Shown in pieces: positions 49,100 to 57,940 of a stretch of DNA of 64,000 bases. The first letter of the stretch is position 1, and every line of letters starts with the position of its first letter. Origin of the DNA: Bacteroides sp. CAG:927 (GTDB lineage: Bacteria > Bacteroidota > Bacteroidia > Bacteroidales > Muribaculaceae). The notes under the pieces are model-generated. The model saw nothing but the letters and a program-made list of their open reading frames with translations. It searched no databases and was not told where the DNA came from. The stretch lies in contig HF985638.1 of assembly GCA_000431155.1 (NCBI GenBank), positions 20,262-84,261 on the forward strand, read 5' to 3'. The translations under genes were made by a program, and so were the position numbers.

Positions 49100-49518
49100 C
49101 GTGACAGTAAGCGTCCGGCGTACTGCGTGAGTCAAAAATATCCCTGCAACTCACGGAAAAGCACAGAGGAAACATCCTCAAATGTTAAATCCGCCCTGAA
49201 AAACACCCGTTGCACGCTCATTCCTTAAATGATGTTAATTTACGGGCTTTGTGCTTTGAAAAGTGGGGCCGGAGGGTGGAGCCATGAACCCTGAGCCTCC
49301 CGTATCTGGACTGCATATCGCAGTAAAATACTGAACGGCAGGCGACTCACTCTCCGGTTCCTGCAATCGTGAGTCATTTGCCTCACGATGCGTGTGACTC
49401 ACGCAAAACTCACGCTCATGTGCCGAACTCCGCTGTATTATGCCGGATAGGGCAAAAAGAAAAACGCTGGAAATCAAGTGATTTTCAGCGTTTTGCGGTG
49501 GAAGTCCGTACTTCCTTG
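49100..49518. other. ICE end / attachment-site region with integrase arm-site-like repeats
   Basis: At least six copies of the GTGAGTCA/ACTCACG core in both orientations (49125, 49148, 49341, 49366, 49391, 49405), plus an inverted pair atcgtgag/ctcacgat. Lies between int and the tRNA. Confidence 0.3.
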
Positions 49519-49591
49519 TGATCCGCCTGGGGCTCGAACCCAGGACCCCAACATTAAAAGTGTTGTGCTCTACCAGCTGAGCTAGCGAATC
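49519..49591 (-). tRNA. tRNA-Lys (anticodon TTT)
   Basis: Folded by hand: acceptor stem GATTCGC/GCGGATC, D-arm GCTC-AGCTGGTA-GAGC, anticodon stem CAACA/TGTTG with loop CTTTTAA, T-arm CTGGG-TTCGAGC-CCCAG. A hairpin plus T-run terminator follows on the minus strand (about 49450-49490). Confidence 0.85.
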
Positions 49592-49677
49592 TCCGTTGGT
49601 GCTTCTTGTGAAAAGCGATGCAAAGGTAGCTCTAAATTTTATATTGTGCAAATTTATGCGAAAGTTTTTTCGCTCTT

Positions 49678-50352
49678 TTATTCGTCTATGCTGTAATTGA
49701 GGAAATCATTCATGGGCTTGAGCAGCTCAAAAAGGCGTGCGGAACGCTCCGGCCATGCCGGGTCCAAGAAAAACTCCTTGTCGCAGAAATGCGCTTTGCC
49801 ATAATCCTTTAAGCGCAGCAAGGGGGCCTGTGGATGATCCTTTGGCCAACCTTTGGGTATGGTTTTCAATTGCTCCCCGACCCATCCTGGAAACTCTTTT
49901 TCCAACTCAGGATTATGAATAATCTCCTCAAACTCCTCAATGTTATCCACAATAGCGTGGCGCAGTTTTTTGAGCATCGGAGCGTCAGGGCAATACAATC
50001 CGCCGTAAAGGCCTGATCCATTAGGACGGATACCGGTTTCGATATAGTAACCGGCATGAAAGTCATTTTTGCCTCCGGGCGCAAACGCGGCAGAGAAATT
50101 AAGCTTCAACGGTGTTTTGTCAGGCGAAAAACGGGTGTCTCGGTAAATGCGATAGGCACACTGTTTGGCCTCAAGATGCGCAAGAGCCGGTTCCCACTGC
50201 GCCATGGCAGCTATCATGCGGTCAACATCGGCCAGCCATGCTTGGCGCAACTCCTGATACTGACTCTTGTGGGCCGCAAACCAAGGGCGATTGTTGTTGG
50301 CCCTCAATTGCTCAAAAAAGTCATATAGCTCACTTATATAATATTGCGGCAT
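49678..50352 (-). CDS. DUF2461 (TIGR02453) family protein
   Basis: 224 aa, a conserved hypothetical family. Confidence 0.5.
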   Translation of the reverse strand: MPQYYISELYDFFEQLRANNNRPWFAAHKSQYQELRQAWLADVDRMIAAMAQWEPALAHLEAKQCAYRIYRDTRFSPDKTPLKLNFSAAFAPGGKNDFHAGYYIETGIRPNGSGLYGGLYCPDAPMLKKLRHAIVDNIEEFEEIIHNPELEKEFPGWVGEQLKTIPKGWPKDHPQAPLLRLKDYGKAHFCDKEFFLDPAWPERSARLFELLKPMNDFLNYSIDE

Positions 50353-50360
50353 ACGGCAAC

Positions 50361-50690
50361 TCAGGATTTAATATCTTCCCATTCGGCATCCTCAACCTGC
50401 TCCTCCACCTGAAATGTGGTGGACGAGGCATGCACATATTCTGAAGATGCTCCTTTTATCTCCTCAAACTCCACATATTCCCCGTCTTGGGCGGTAAACA
50501 CCTTGTTTTGAGAACGTGGACGCGAATTTTCATGCCCGGAGGTGCGCCGGGTGCGTTTCTTACCGGACTCCTGAGGCATTTCGCCATAAAACAGCATGCG
50601 ATAGACTCTGCGCATCCTGCGATAGGCACGAAATAGCCACACGCCGATAAATATCAGAAGTATAACAAGTAAAAAAGATCCAAACGACAT
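50361..50690 (-). CDS. small membrane protein (DUF4834-like)
   Basis: N-terminal TM helix, then a basic region and an acidic tail. Confidence 0.35.
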   Translation of the reverse strand: MSFGSFLLVILLIFIGVWLFRAYRRMRRVYRMLFYGEMPQESGKKRTRRTSGHENSRPRSQNKVFTAQDGEYVEFEEIKGASSEYVHASSTTFQVEEQVEDAEWEDIKS

Positions 50691-50751
50691 AGTAACAGTA
50701 ACGGAATGTAGAAAGTGTGTTCAACGAATTTTAAACGCCCCAAATGCGCTC

Positions 50752-51471
50752 TTATTGCGCAGCTTTGGGCGAAAACATCCTGTCTGCAAGCGAAAGCAGC
50801 AGATAGAACATGATGGTCCACGCCAATCCGGGGATACCACCCACACCGACAAACAGCACTGCCGCGATAATAATCAGATAGCGGCGATAGTTGTCGGCCA
50901 AATTGAAGTTCTTGAACTTAAGCGAGAACATGGGCAGATTGCACACCATCAGCAGCGACATGCCCACCACCATCACAGCCATTACCAGATCGCCGGGATA
51001 AGCCGTATCGATAAGCCACGCCAGCATACCCACCCAAAATATGGCATTGGCCGGAATGGGCAATCCGATAAAGGAAGTGGTTTGACGCGTATCAATATTG
51101 AATTTGGCCAGTCTCAGGGCACCCATCGCCACCATAAACAGCGATATGAACGACCACGCCGATATGCCCGGATGAAAATAGTTCATATAATTAAACACCA
51201 GCATGGCGGGCGCAAGGCCAAAGCTCACGAGGTCGGACAGCGAGTCAAGCTCTTTGCCCATATCGGAGTAAGCGTGAAGCAGACGGGCCATTGCACCGTC
51301 AAGAAAATCAAACACTGCCGCCGCCCCGATAAACAGGAATGCCCACTCATAGCCGAGCATGCCTCCAACGGTATGATACAGATTGAAAGCCATGGCACAC
51401 GCCATGGTGCCCGACAAAAGGTTGAGGCAAGTTATCGTATTGGGAATATATGCTTTAATGGTGCGCAACAT
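50752..51471 (-). CDS. pssA: CDP-diacylglycerol--serine O-phosphatidyltransferase
   Basis: CDP-alcohol phosphatidyltransferase motif DFLDGAMARL...G...D...D. Sits adjacent to psd. Confidence 0.75.
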   Translation of the reverse strand: MLRTIKAYIPNTITCLNLLSGTMACAMAFNLYHTVGGMLGYEWAFLFIGAAAVFDFLDGAMARLLHAYSDMGKELDSLSDLVSFGLAPAMLVFNYMNYFHPGISAWSFISLFMVAMGALRLAKFNIDTRQTTSFIGLPIPANAIFWVGMLAWLIDTAYPGDLVMAVMVVGMSLLMVCNLPMFSLKFKNFNLADNYRRYLIIIAAVLFVGVGGIPGLAWTIMFYLLLSLADRMFSPKAAQ

Positions 51472-51493
51472 CAGTTATATTTTTTGAAACAAA

Positions 51494-52189
51494 TCAAGTG
51501 GAAGCACCAATGGGCTTGAGACGCGCCACTTCGGTTATGCCTCCCACGGTCTTTTGGCCTATTTCCACAAGAATCTCTGCATCAAGAGGCAGAAAAATAT
51601 CCACTCTTGAACCGAATTTGATAAATCCCATGTGGTCGGCAATAGACGCCTCCACACCCGGATAGGCATAGGTCACAATGCGCCGTGCTATGGCGCCCGC
51701 TATCTGGCGGGCAAGAATCTGATGACCACTTTCGGTGCGGATGAGTATGCTCGCGCGCTCGTTCTCGGTACTGCTCTTGGGAAGATAGGCCGACAGGAAA
51801 CGACCGTTGTGATGCCGCACGGCCTCTACCGTGCCGTTGACCGGAAACCAGTTGGCATGCACATTGAACACTGTCATGAACACCGACAGCTGAATAGCCC
51901 TGCGATGAAGAAACTCCCCCTCATACACTTCCTCAAGTGCCACTACCGTGCCGTCAACCGACGACACCACCACATTTTCCTCATTTCCGGTGAAATTGCG
52001 GCGCGGCGAACGGAAGAAATTGAGCACGAGCAGAAACACCACTGCCGAAATGGAAGTAAACACAATAGGAATGGCCAGCGGACGAATGAACATCCACGAC
52101 GGTACATTGATTATGGCAAGCATAAGAAGCAAGATAATCAATATATTAGTGCCTTCTCTATGTATTTTTACTCTCATATCAGGTGGCAA
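51494..52189 (-). CDS. psd: phosphatidylserine decarboxylase proenzyme
   Basis: Psd family sequence with GS(T/R)-type cleavage region (FGSRVD). Pairs with pssA. Confidence 0.75.
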   Translation of the reverse strand: MPPDMRVKIHREGTNILIILLLMLAIINVPSWMFIRPLAIPIVFTSISAVVFLLVLNFFRSPRRNFTGNEENVVVSSVDGTVVALEEVYEGEFLHRRAIQLSVFMTVFNVHANWFPVNGTVEAVRHHNGRFLSAYLPKSSTENERASILIRTESGHQILARQIAGAIARRIVTYAYPGVEASIADHMGFIKFGSRVDIFLPLDAEILVEIGQKTVGGITEVARLKPIGAST

Positions 52190-52287
52190 AAAGCCTCATT
52201 GTCTGGCAAAGATAACCATTTTCCGGCTTACTTGTCACATTATGGAGCATAAAAATGGCTCATCGGAGCGTTTTTTGTGCAAAAGTT

Positions 52288-52539
52288 CTATTCCACAGGC
52301 AATATCCTGACATTGTTGCCGGCATTCACGCGATACCGGGCCGAAGTGGCCGTGTCGATATTCTGCACCGTAAAGACGCAATCCTCTATATTCACGTTGC
52401 TGAACGGCGACGCATCAAAAGCCGTTCTGATAGCCTCGTCAATAGTATTGAAGCCGGAGCCGTGAAATATGTAGGTTTCAGAGCCGAGCGACACTACTAC
52501 CTTGACTCTGTCGGTGGGATGAAGACGATTTTGTGACAT
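52288..52539 (-). CDS. small hypothetical protein
   Basis: 83-aa ORF downstream of psd. No domain recognised. Confidence 0.3.
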   Translation of the reverse strand: MSQNRLHPTDRVKVVVSLGSETYIFHGSGFNTIDEAIRTAFDASPFSNVNIEDCVFTVQNIDTATSARYRVNAGNNVRILPVE

Positions 52540-52632
52540 AATTCTATTGTTTTGCTTTTACAACTCAACAATTCTGAAGCAGTAAAGTTGCACCGATTTG
52601 TGTGTTTCCCCGCGAATCTCTATCTTTGAGCC

Positions 52633-53697
52633 ATGAACAGACATTCCCGGCTTGAGTCACTTGACATTCTGCGGGGCCTTGACCTCTTTCTGCTGGTGGG
52701 GCTTCAGCCCGTGCTCATATCCGTTGGCCGGCATTTTGACCACCCGGCATGGCAATGCCTGATGTACCAGCTTGACCACGAAGTATGGACCGGGGTCCGC
52801 TTCTGGGACATAGTGATGCCGCTGTTCCTTTTCATGACCGGGGCCGCAATGCCGTTTTCTTTTTCCAAATATCTGCGCGGCGATGTGCCCCTGCGCCATG
52901 CTTGGCTCCATGTAGCCAAACGGGTCATAGTGCTCTGGATACTTGGCATGGTGGTACAGGGCAACCTCCTCAGCTTCCGGCCCGCCGAATGGCTTTGGTA
53001 CACCAACACCCTGCAGGCCATAGCCGCCGGCTACCTCCTTGCAAGCATTCTGATGCTCTGCTTCAATCTCCGCATGCAGCTTTGGCTCACTCTCGGCCTG
53101 CTCCTGTGCTACTCCATACCCATGAGCGCCATAGGCGACTGGACCGTGGAACACAACTTCGCGGCACGCATTGACGCAATGGTCCTCGGCACCATGCGCG
53201 GCGACATCACCTACACATGGATATGGAGCAGCCTCACCTTCGGAGTCACCGTAATGCTCGGCACTTTTGCCTCGCGAATCATACGCCGCTACTCCACCCG
53301 CGCCACCGTCAGGCTGGCGGCCGCAGGGTGCGCATTTATAGCCGTGGCAATGCTATGGAGCCTTGAAACCCCGATAATCAAACGTATATGGAGCGGAAGC
53401 ATGACACTGCTGTCGGGCGGAATATGCTTTTTGCTTATGGCTATCATGCATTGGTGGGTAGATGTGAAGCATCACACCACAGGCCTGCTGTGGCTCAAAA
53501 TCTATGGCATGAACTCCATAACAGCCTACATTCTTGGGGAAGTTGTAAATTTCAGGAGCATAGCCGCCTCCGTATCTTGGGGACTTGAGCCTATTTTAGG
53601 ACAATGGTGGGACACGTGGCTAACCACCGCCAACTATCTCATCGTGTTTCTGATACTTCTGGCGATGTATCGCACCAAAACATTTATCAAGATTTAG
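52633..53697 (+). CDS. DUF5009/DUF1624 acyltransferase-like polytopic membrane protein
   Basis: N-terminal RLESLDILRG motif characteristic of DUF1624/HGSNAT-like proteins. Multiple TM helices. Confidence 0.5.
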   Translation: MNRHSRLESLDILRGLDLFLLVGLQPVLISVGRHFDHPAWQCLMYQLDHEVWTGVRFWDIVMPLFLFMTGAAMPFSFSKYLRGDVPLRHAWLHVAKRVIVLWILGMVVQGNLLSFRPAEWLWYTNTLQAIAAGYLLASILMLCFNLRMQLWLTLGLLLCYSIPMSAIGDWTVEHNFAARIDAMVLGTMRGDITYTWIWSSLTFGVTVMLGTFASRIIRRYSTRATVRLAAAGCAFIAVAMLWSLETPIIKRIWSGSMTLLSGGICFLLMAIMHWWVDVKHHTTGLLWLKIYGMNSITAYILGEVVNFRSIAASVSWGLEPILGQWWDTWLTTANYLIVFLILLAMYRTKTFIKI

Positions 53698-54940
53698 AGC
53701 CGGTTCCAAATATTTCTTTGAACGCCTTGTCCGTAGCCCCGAGGTTGCGCTCGATATATTCCCCGGCTTTGGCTCCGGCTGACATCCGTTTGCCGCCATC
53801 CTCAAGCATCATATCCAGAAGCGCTTCAAGCTCGGCGCGGTTGGTGAACGTGAAGCCTCCACCGCAGGCTATCAGGTCGGTAGCCTCCTTGAACTTCTTG
53901 TGTTTGGGACCAAAAAGCACCGGCATGGCATACACCGCAGCCTCGTTCACATTGTGTATCCCTTCGCCGAAACCGCCGCCCACGTATGCCACCTGACCAT
54001 AGCGGTACAGGCTTGAAAGTTTTCCGAAGCAGTTCACCACCAGTACCTGTGCATCCTTGCATGCGTCAGCATCGGCATCAAGTTCACTGAGCATCACGCC
54101 CTTACCGGCACCCGTATGACGCAAAGCCTCAAGGCGCCCCTCATCAAACTCATGCGGCGCAATAATGGCTTTCACTTCGGGATGCGCCTTAAGCCACGGA
54201 GCATACAGTTCCTCATCCTGCGGCCATGAACTGCCGAAAACAATGGTCAGCGGTGCGCCGGCAGTAAATTTCTCCACAGCCGGCATCTCCACTGTGGTAT
54301 TGAGAATATCAGTCACGCGGTCAAAGCGAGTGTCACCGGCCACAATCACATTATTGCGCACCCCGATTGACGACAGCAACTGCGCGCTGCGCGAATCTTG
54401 CACAAATATGGTTCTGTAGCATGCGAGCATCTGCCTGAACATGCCTCCCCACCACTTGAAAAACGGCTGTGTGGGACGGAATATGGCCGATATGATGTAC
54501 GTGGGGATGTTGCGGCGCTTAAGTTCCTTGAGATAATTGCCCCAGAACTCGTATTTCACAAACACCGCCATGGCCGGATTCACAGTCTCAATAAACTTTT
54601 TGGCACGGCGCGGAGTGTCAAACGGCAGATAGCACACCACATCGGCTCTGGCATAATTGCGCCTCACCTCGTAGCCCGACGGTGAAAAGAATGTAAGCAC
54701 CACCCCATATTCGGGCTTTTCTCGGCGCAAACGCTCTATAAACGGCCTCCCCTGCTCAAACTCGCCCAACGATGCCGCATGCACCCACACATATTTTTTC
54801 CCGGGCTGCAACGCTTGGCGCAAACGATCCATAGTCTGTTTCTGCCCTTTTATCATGCGGTTGGCCTTGGCATTGCGAAGTGCAAATACCTTGGCTCCGA
54901 GAGCATAAGCACGGATACCGGTGTTATAAAGCAAATTCAT
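53687..54940 (-). CDS. waaA: 3-deoxy-D-manno-octulosonic acid (Kdo) transferase
   Basis: KdtA/WaaA N-terminal glycosyltransferase-N domain (VWVHAASLGE...). Confidence 0.8.
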   Translation of the reverse strand: MNLLYNTGIRAYALGAKVFALRNAKANRMIKGQKQTMDRLRQALQPGKKYVWVHAASLGEFEQGRPFIERLRREKPEYGVVLTFFSPSGYEVRRNYARADVVCYLPFDTPRRAKKFIETVNPAMAVFVKYEFWGNYLKELKRRNIPTYIISAIFRPTQPFFKWWGGMFRQMLACYRTIFVQDSRSAQLLSSIGVRNNVIVAGDTRFDRVTDILNTTVEMPAVEKFTAGAPLTIVFGSSWPQDEELYAPWLKAHPEVKAIIAPHEFDEGRLEALRHTGAGKGVMLSELDADADACKDAQVLVVNCFGKLSSLYRYGQVAYVGGGFGEGIHNVNEAAVYAMPVLFGPKHKKFKEATDLIACGGGFTFTNRAELEALLDMMLEDGGKRMSAGAKAGEYIERNLGATDKAFKEIFGTGSKS

Positions 54941-54962
54941 GCTGGCGGATTTCTGTCAATAT

Positions 54963-56522
54963 TTAGGCTTCCGAGGGTTTAATACGCTCTATGGCAAGCT
55001 GTATGCGGCGCACGGTTTCATCCACGCCCATCAGCTCAGTTATGTCAAACATGTGCGGGCCCTTGCACTCTCCCACCACTGCCAGACGAAATGCATTCAT
55101 TACATTGCCGAGATGATAGCCTTTCTGCTCTATCCAGCCAAGCACCACCGGCTCGGCTGCCGCGCTTGAGAAATCATCCAGCCCTTTGAGCACCTCAATA
55201 AGTTCGCCCATGATGCGCGGGGTATCCTCGCTCCAGCGCTTGCGCACACTCTTGGCCTCGTACTCCTCAGGCTCCACAAAAAAGAATTTTGCATGTGTCC
55301 ACAAATCGCGCACAAAGCTGATGCGGCTCTTAACCAGATCAACCGCGCGGGCAATATATTCATCGCTGAAAGCGGTGGTGTCAACGCCATTCTGTGCCAG
55401 CACAGGCTTGAACATCTGAGCCAGCTCCATAGCCGACTTCTCCTGAAGATACTTATGATTGAACCACTTGCCTTTTTCAAAATCAAATTTTGCACCCGAT
55501 TTGCTGCAATGCTCGAAACTGAAACGGCTTATCAGCTCATCCATATTCATTATTTCTGTGTCATCGCCGGGATTCCAGCCAAGCAACGCAAGGAAATTGA
55601 TCACCGCCTCGGGCAAATAACCGTTCTCGCGGTATCCTGCGGAAACATCGCCGCTCTTGGGGTCGTGCCATTCAAGCGGGAACACCGGGAATCCCAGACG
55701 GTCGCCGTCGCGCTTCGACAGCTTGCCTTTGCCGTCAGGCTTGAGAAGCAACGGAAGATGCACAAACTCCGGCATCGTATCGCTCCACCCGAAAGCCTCA
55801 TACAGCAGCACATGCAGCGGAGCGCTCGGCAGCCACTCCTCACCGCGTATCACATGGCTCACAAGCATCAGATGGTCGTCCACGATATTGGCAAGGTGAT
55901 AGGTGGGCAGGTCATCGGCACTCTTGTACAGCACCTTGTCATCCAGCACCGACGAGTTGATGGTAACCTTGCCGCGAATCAGGTCGTTCACCTCCACATC
56001 GCGGCCCGGCTCAATCTTGAATCGCACCACATAAGGTGTGCCTTCGGCTATAAGCCTTGCCGTTTCCTCATCACCGAGAGTGAGCGAATTGCGCATTTTC
56101 CCACGGGTAGATGCATCGTATTGAAAATTGGGCGTGGCAGCGCGCGCAGCTTCCAGCTCGGCAGGAGTGTCAAACGCCACATAAGCCTTGCCGTTGTCAA
56201 GCAGCATCTTCACATGCTCGCGATAGATGTCGCGGCGCTCGCTCTGCTTGTAGGGCCCGTAGGCGCCACCCTCTCTCACGCCCTCGTCAATCTTTATCCC
56301 CAGCCATGCAAGAGCCTCATTGATATAATCTTCGGCTCCCGGCACAAAACGCTGCGAATCAGTATCCTCAATACGGAGTATCATGTCGCCTCCGTTGCGG
56401 CGTGCAAACAAATAATTGTACAGTGCGGTTCTTACGCCGCCTATATGAAGAGGCCCTGTGGGTGAGGGCGCAAATCTTACTCTGACTTTACGGTCCATGG
56501 TGTGCATAAATTTTCGCCGCAA
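54963..56522 (-). CDS. gltX: glutamate--tRNA ligase
   Basis: Class I HIGH motif ([12 protein letters not shown]). The true start is probably MDRKVRV at 56498. Confidence 0.85.
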   Translation of the reverse strand: MRRKFMHTMDRKVRVRFAPSPTGPLHIGGVRTALYNYLFARRNGGDMILRIEDTDSQRFVPGAEDYINEALAWLGIKIDEGVREGGAYGPYKQSERRDIYREHVKMLLDNGKAYVAFDTPAELEAARAATPNFQYDASTRGKMRNSLTLGDEETARLIAEGTPYVVRFKIEPGRDVEVNDLIRGKVTINSSVLDDKVLYKSADDLPTYHLANIVDDHLMLVSHVIRGEEWLPSAPLHVLLYEAFGWSDTMPEFVHLPLLLKPDGKGKLSKRDGDRLGFPVFPLEWHDPKSGDVSAGYRENGYLPEAVINFLALLGWNPGDDTEIMNMDELISRFSFEHCSKSGAKFDFEKGKWFNHKYLQEKSAMELAQMFKPVLAQNGVDTTAFSDEYIARAVDLVKSRISFVRDLWTHAKFFFVEPEEYEAKSVRKRWSEDTPRIMGELIEVLKGLDDFSSAAAEPVVLGWIEQKGYHLGNVMNAFRLAVVGECKGPHMFDITELMGVDETVRRIQLAIERIKPSEA

Positions 56523-56605
56523 AGTTAAAAAATAAAAATCACATTACCAATACCGAAACGATATGGTCTCTCTTAGATAGATAGAGCCGGGATAGAGCCG
56601 GGATA

Positions 56606-56906
56606 GAGCCGGCTCAACAATATCTGTTAACGGCAAGGCGGTCAATCGTCGCGCAGATTTGTTCGCGCAGTGAGGGAGCAATGTGGCTCCATTGTGACCG
56701 AAACAAGCGGGCAAAGATGCACGGCGAGTGGCCGAGGCGATGGTAATTTTCGTTCCGCGAAGACTTGATGGAAGATATTAGAGTCAGATGTATCTGAGCA
56801 TGAATAGAATACAGGCGAAATATGCCATCGCTCTTGCTGTAAAGAGGCAGCGTTATCACCTCAAGCTATGCGACCTTGCCGTTAACAGATATTGTCGAGC
56901 CGGCTC
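56606..56906. repeat. element of about 300 bp bounded by 32-bp near-perfect inverted repeats, with an adjacent tandem 12-mer
   Basis: IR-L 56606-56637 (gagccggctcaacaatatctgttaacggcaag) and IR-R 56875-56906 are reverse complements at 31 of 32 positions. A gatagagccggg repeat (x2.5) sits at 56577-56615. Confidence 0.45.
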
Positions 56907-56911
56907 TTAAC

Positions 56912-57880
56912 CTATATGTGCAGAAGGGTGCGCAGCTGCGAGCGCAGATCGCGCATCATGTCGCGCGCGGGAGTGATAATGGGCACGAACGGTGTGTCGC
57001 TCGTAGGAGTAAACACCCTCAGCGCGCCCGCATGACATTTTATATGCAGCTCCGCATCCATGGTCAACGGCTCACCGTCAAGGTGTACCACCCCGGGTGC
57101 CGAGCGGCTGATCATGATTTCCGCCGAACGGAATGTGTGCGTAAGCATATTCTCCTCTATCATCCCCGTAAGCAGGTCCAGGCCCACGAGAGCCGTGGTA
57201 AGCAGATTGCCCGCATGCACCACCGTCACATCCAGAAGTCCGTCAGTAATGGACGCGCGGGGAGCTATATATGCATTGTTGCCATACTGCGACGCATTGC
57301 ACACAGCCACCAGAAATGCCTTTTCAGTAATGTCGGTGCCGTTGGCCGATATGGCGTACGTTTCGGGCTGATACGAGAAATACTGCTCCACCGTTGAGCG
57401 CACATAGGTAAGCTTGCCGCGTTGCTTGGAGCGCGCAAACACATCGCTTACAGCCGCGTCAAACCCTATGCCGAATGTGCAAAAAAACGGTTTGCCGTTG
57501 ACACTGCCGTGATCGCAGTCCACCACGTTCTGCAGTTTCAGCACATTCAAGGCACCGCGTATATCCAGCGGTATGCCGAGGTGACGGGCCAGCCCGTTGC
57601 CCGACCCGCATGGTATTATGCCCAGCGGCACATTGCTTCCCGACAACCCCTTGGCAGTTTCGTTCACCGTGCCGTCGCCACCGGCTGCAAGCACGGCGTT
57701 CATCCCTTCAGCCACCGCATGACGCGCAAACTGAGTGGCATCGCCGCTGCCGGTGGTGTAGCGCACCGTAAGCTCGGTATTCAGCGATGCAAGAGCTTGG
57801 GCAACGGCCTCTGGAAGCTGCTGCTTTGACGATGTACCCGCTATAGGGTTTATTATGAGCAATGAGCGGTGTTGTGACAT
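56912..57880 (-). CDS. diacylglycerol-kinase-family lipid kinase (YegS-like)
   Basis: DAGK catalytic-domain motifs (LIINPIAGTS..., AAGGDGTVNE). Confidence 0.75.
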   Translation of the reverse strand: MSQHRSLLIINPIAGTSSKQQLPEAVAQALASLNTELTVRYTTGSGDATQFARHAVAEGMNAVLAAGGDGTVNETAKGLSGSNVPLGIIPCGSGNGLARHLGIPLDIRGALNVLKLQNVVDCDHGSVNGKPFFCTFGIGFDAAVSDVFARSKQRGKLTYVRSTVEQYFSYQPETYAISANGTDITEKAFLVAVCNASQYGNNAYIAPRASITDGLLDVTVVHAGNLLTTALVGLDLLTGMIEENMLTHTFRSAEIMISRSAPGVVHLDGEPLTMDAELHIKCHAGALRVFTPTSDTPFVPIITPARDMMRDLRSQLRTLLHI

Positions 57881-57940
57881 AACAGGAATGCAAATTTAGG
57901 AATTTTCAGTATATTTGCCCTCACATACCCTGAAATAAAT

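Noticed and set aside
49235-49651. 138-aa minus-strand ORF spanning the tRNA-Lys gene
   Set aside because: It overlaps a confidently folded tRNA and its terminator. Low-complexity translation.
52657-53154. Minus-strand ORFs inside the DUF5009 membrane-protein gene
   Set aside because: Antisense to a polytopic membrane protein with a family-typical N-terminus. His/Gly-rich junk translation.
55293-56465. 390-aa plus-strand ORF antisense to gltX
   Set aside because: gltX has an unambiguous HIGH motif and synthetase sequence on the minus strand. The antisense frame is open because of GC-rich codon usage.
56577-56615. Possible CRISPR-like array (tandem gatagagccggg repeats)
   Set aside because: Only about 2.5 copies of a 12-mer with no spacers. 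Not a CRISPR array; reported as part of the inverted-repeat element instead.
56876-57397. 173-aa plus-strand ORF antisense to the YegS-like kinase gene
   Set aside because: Antisense to a gene with clear DAGK catalytic motifs.
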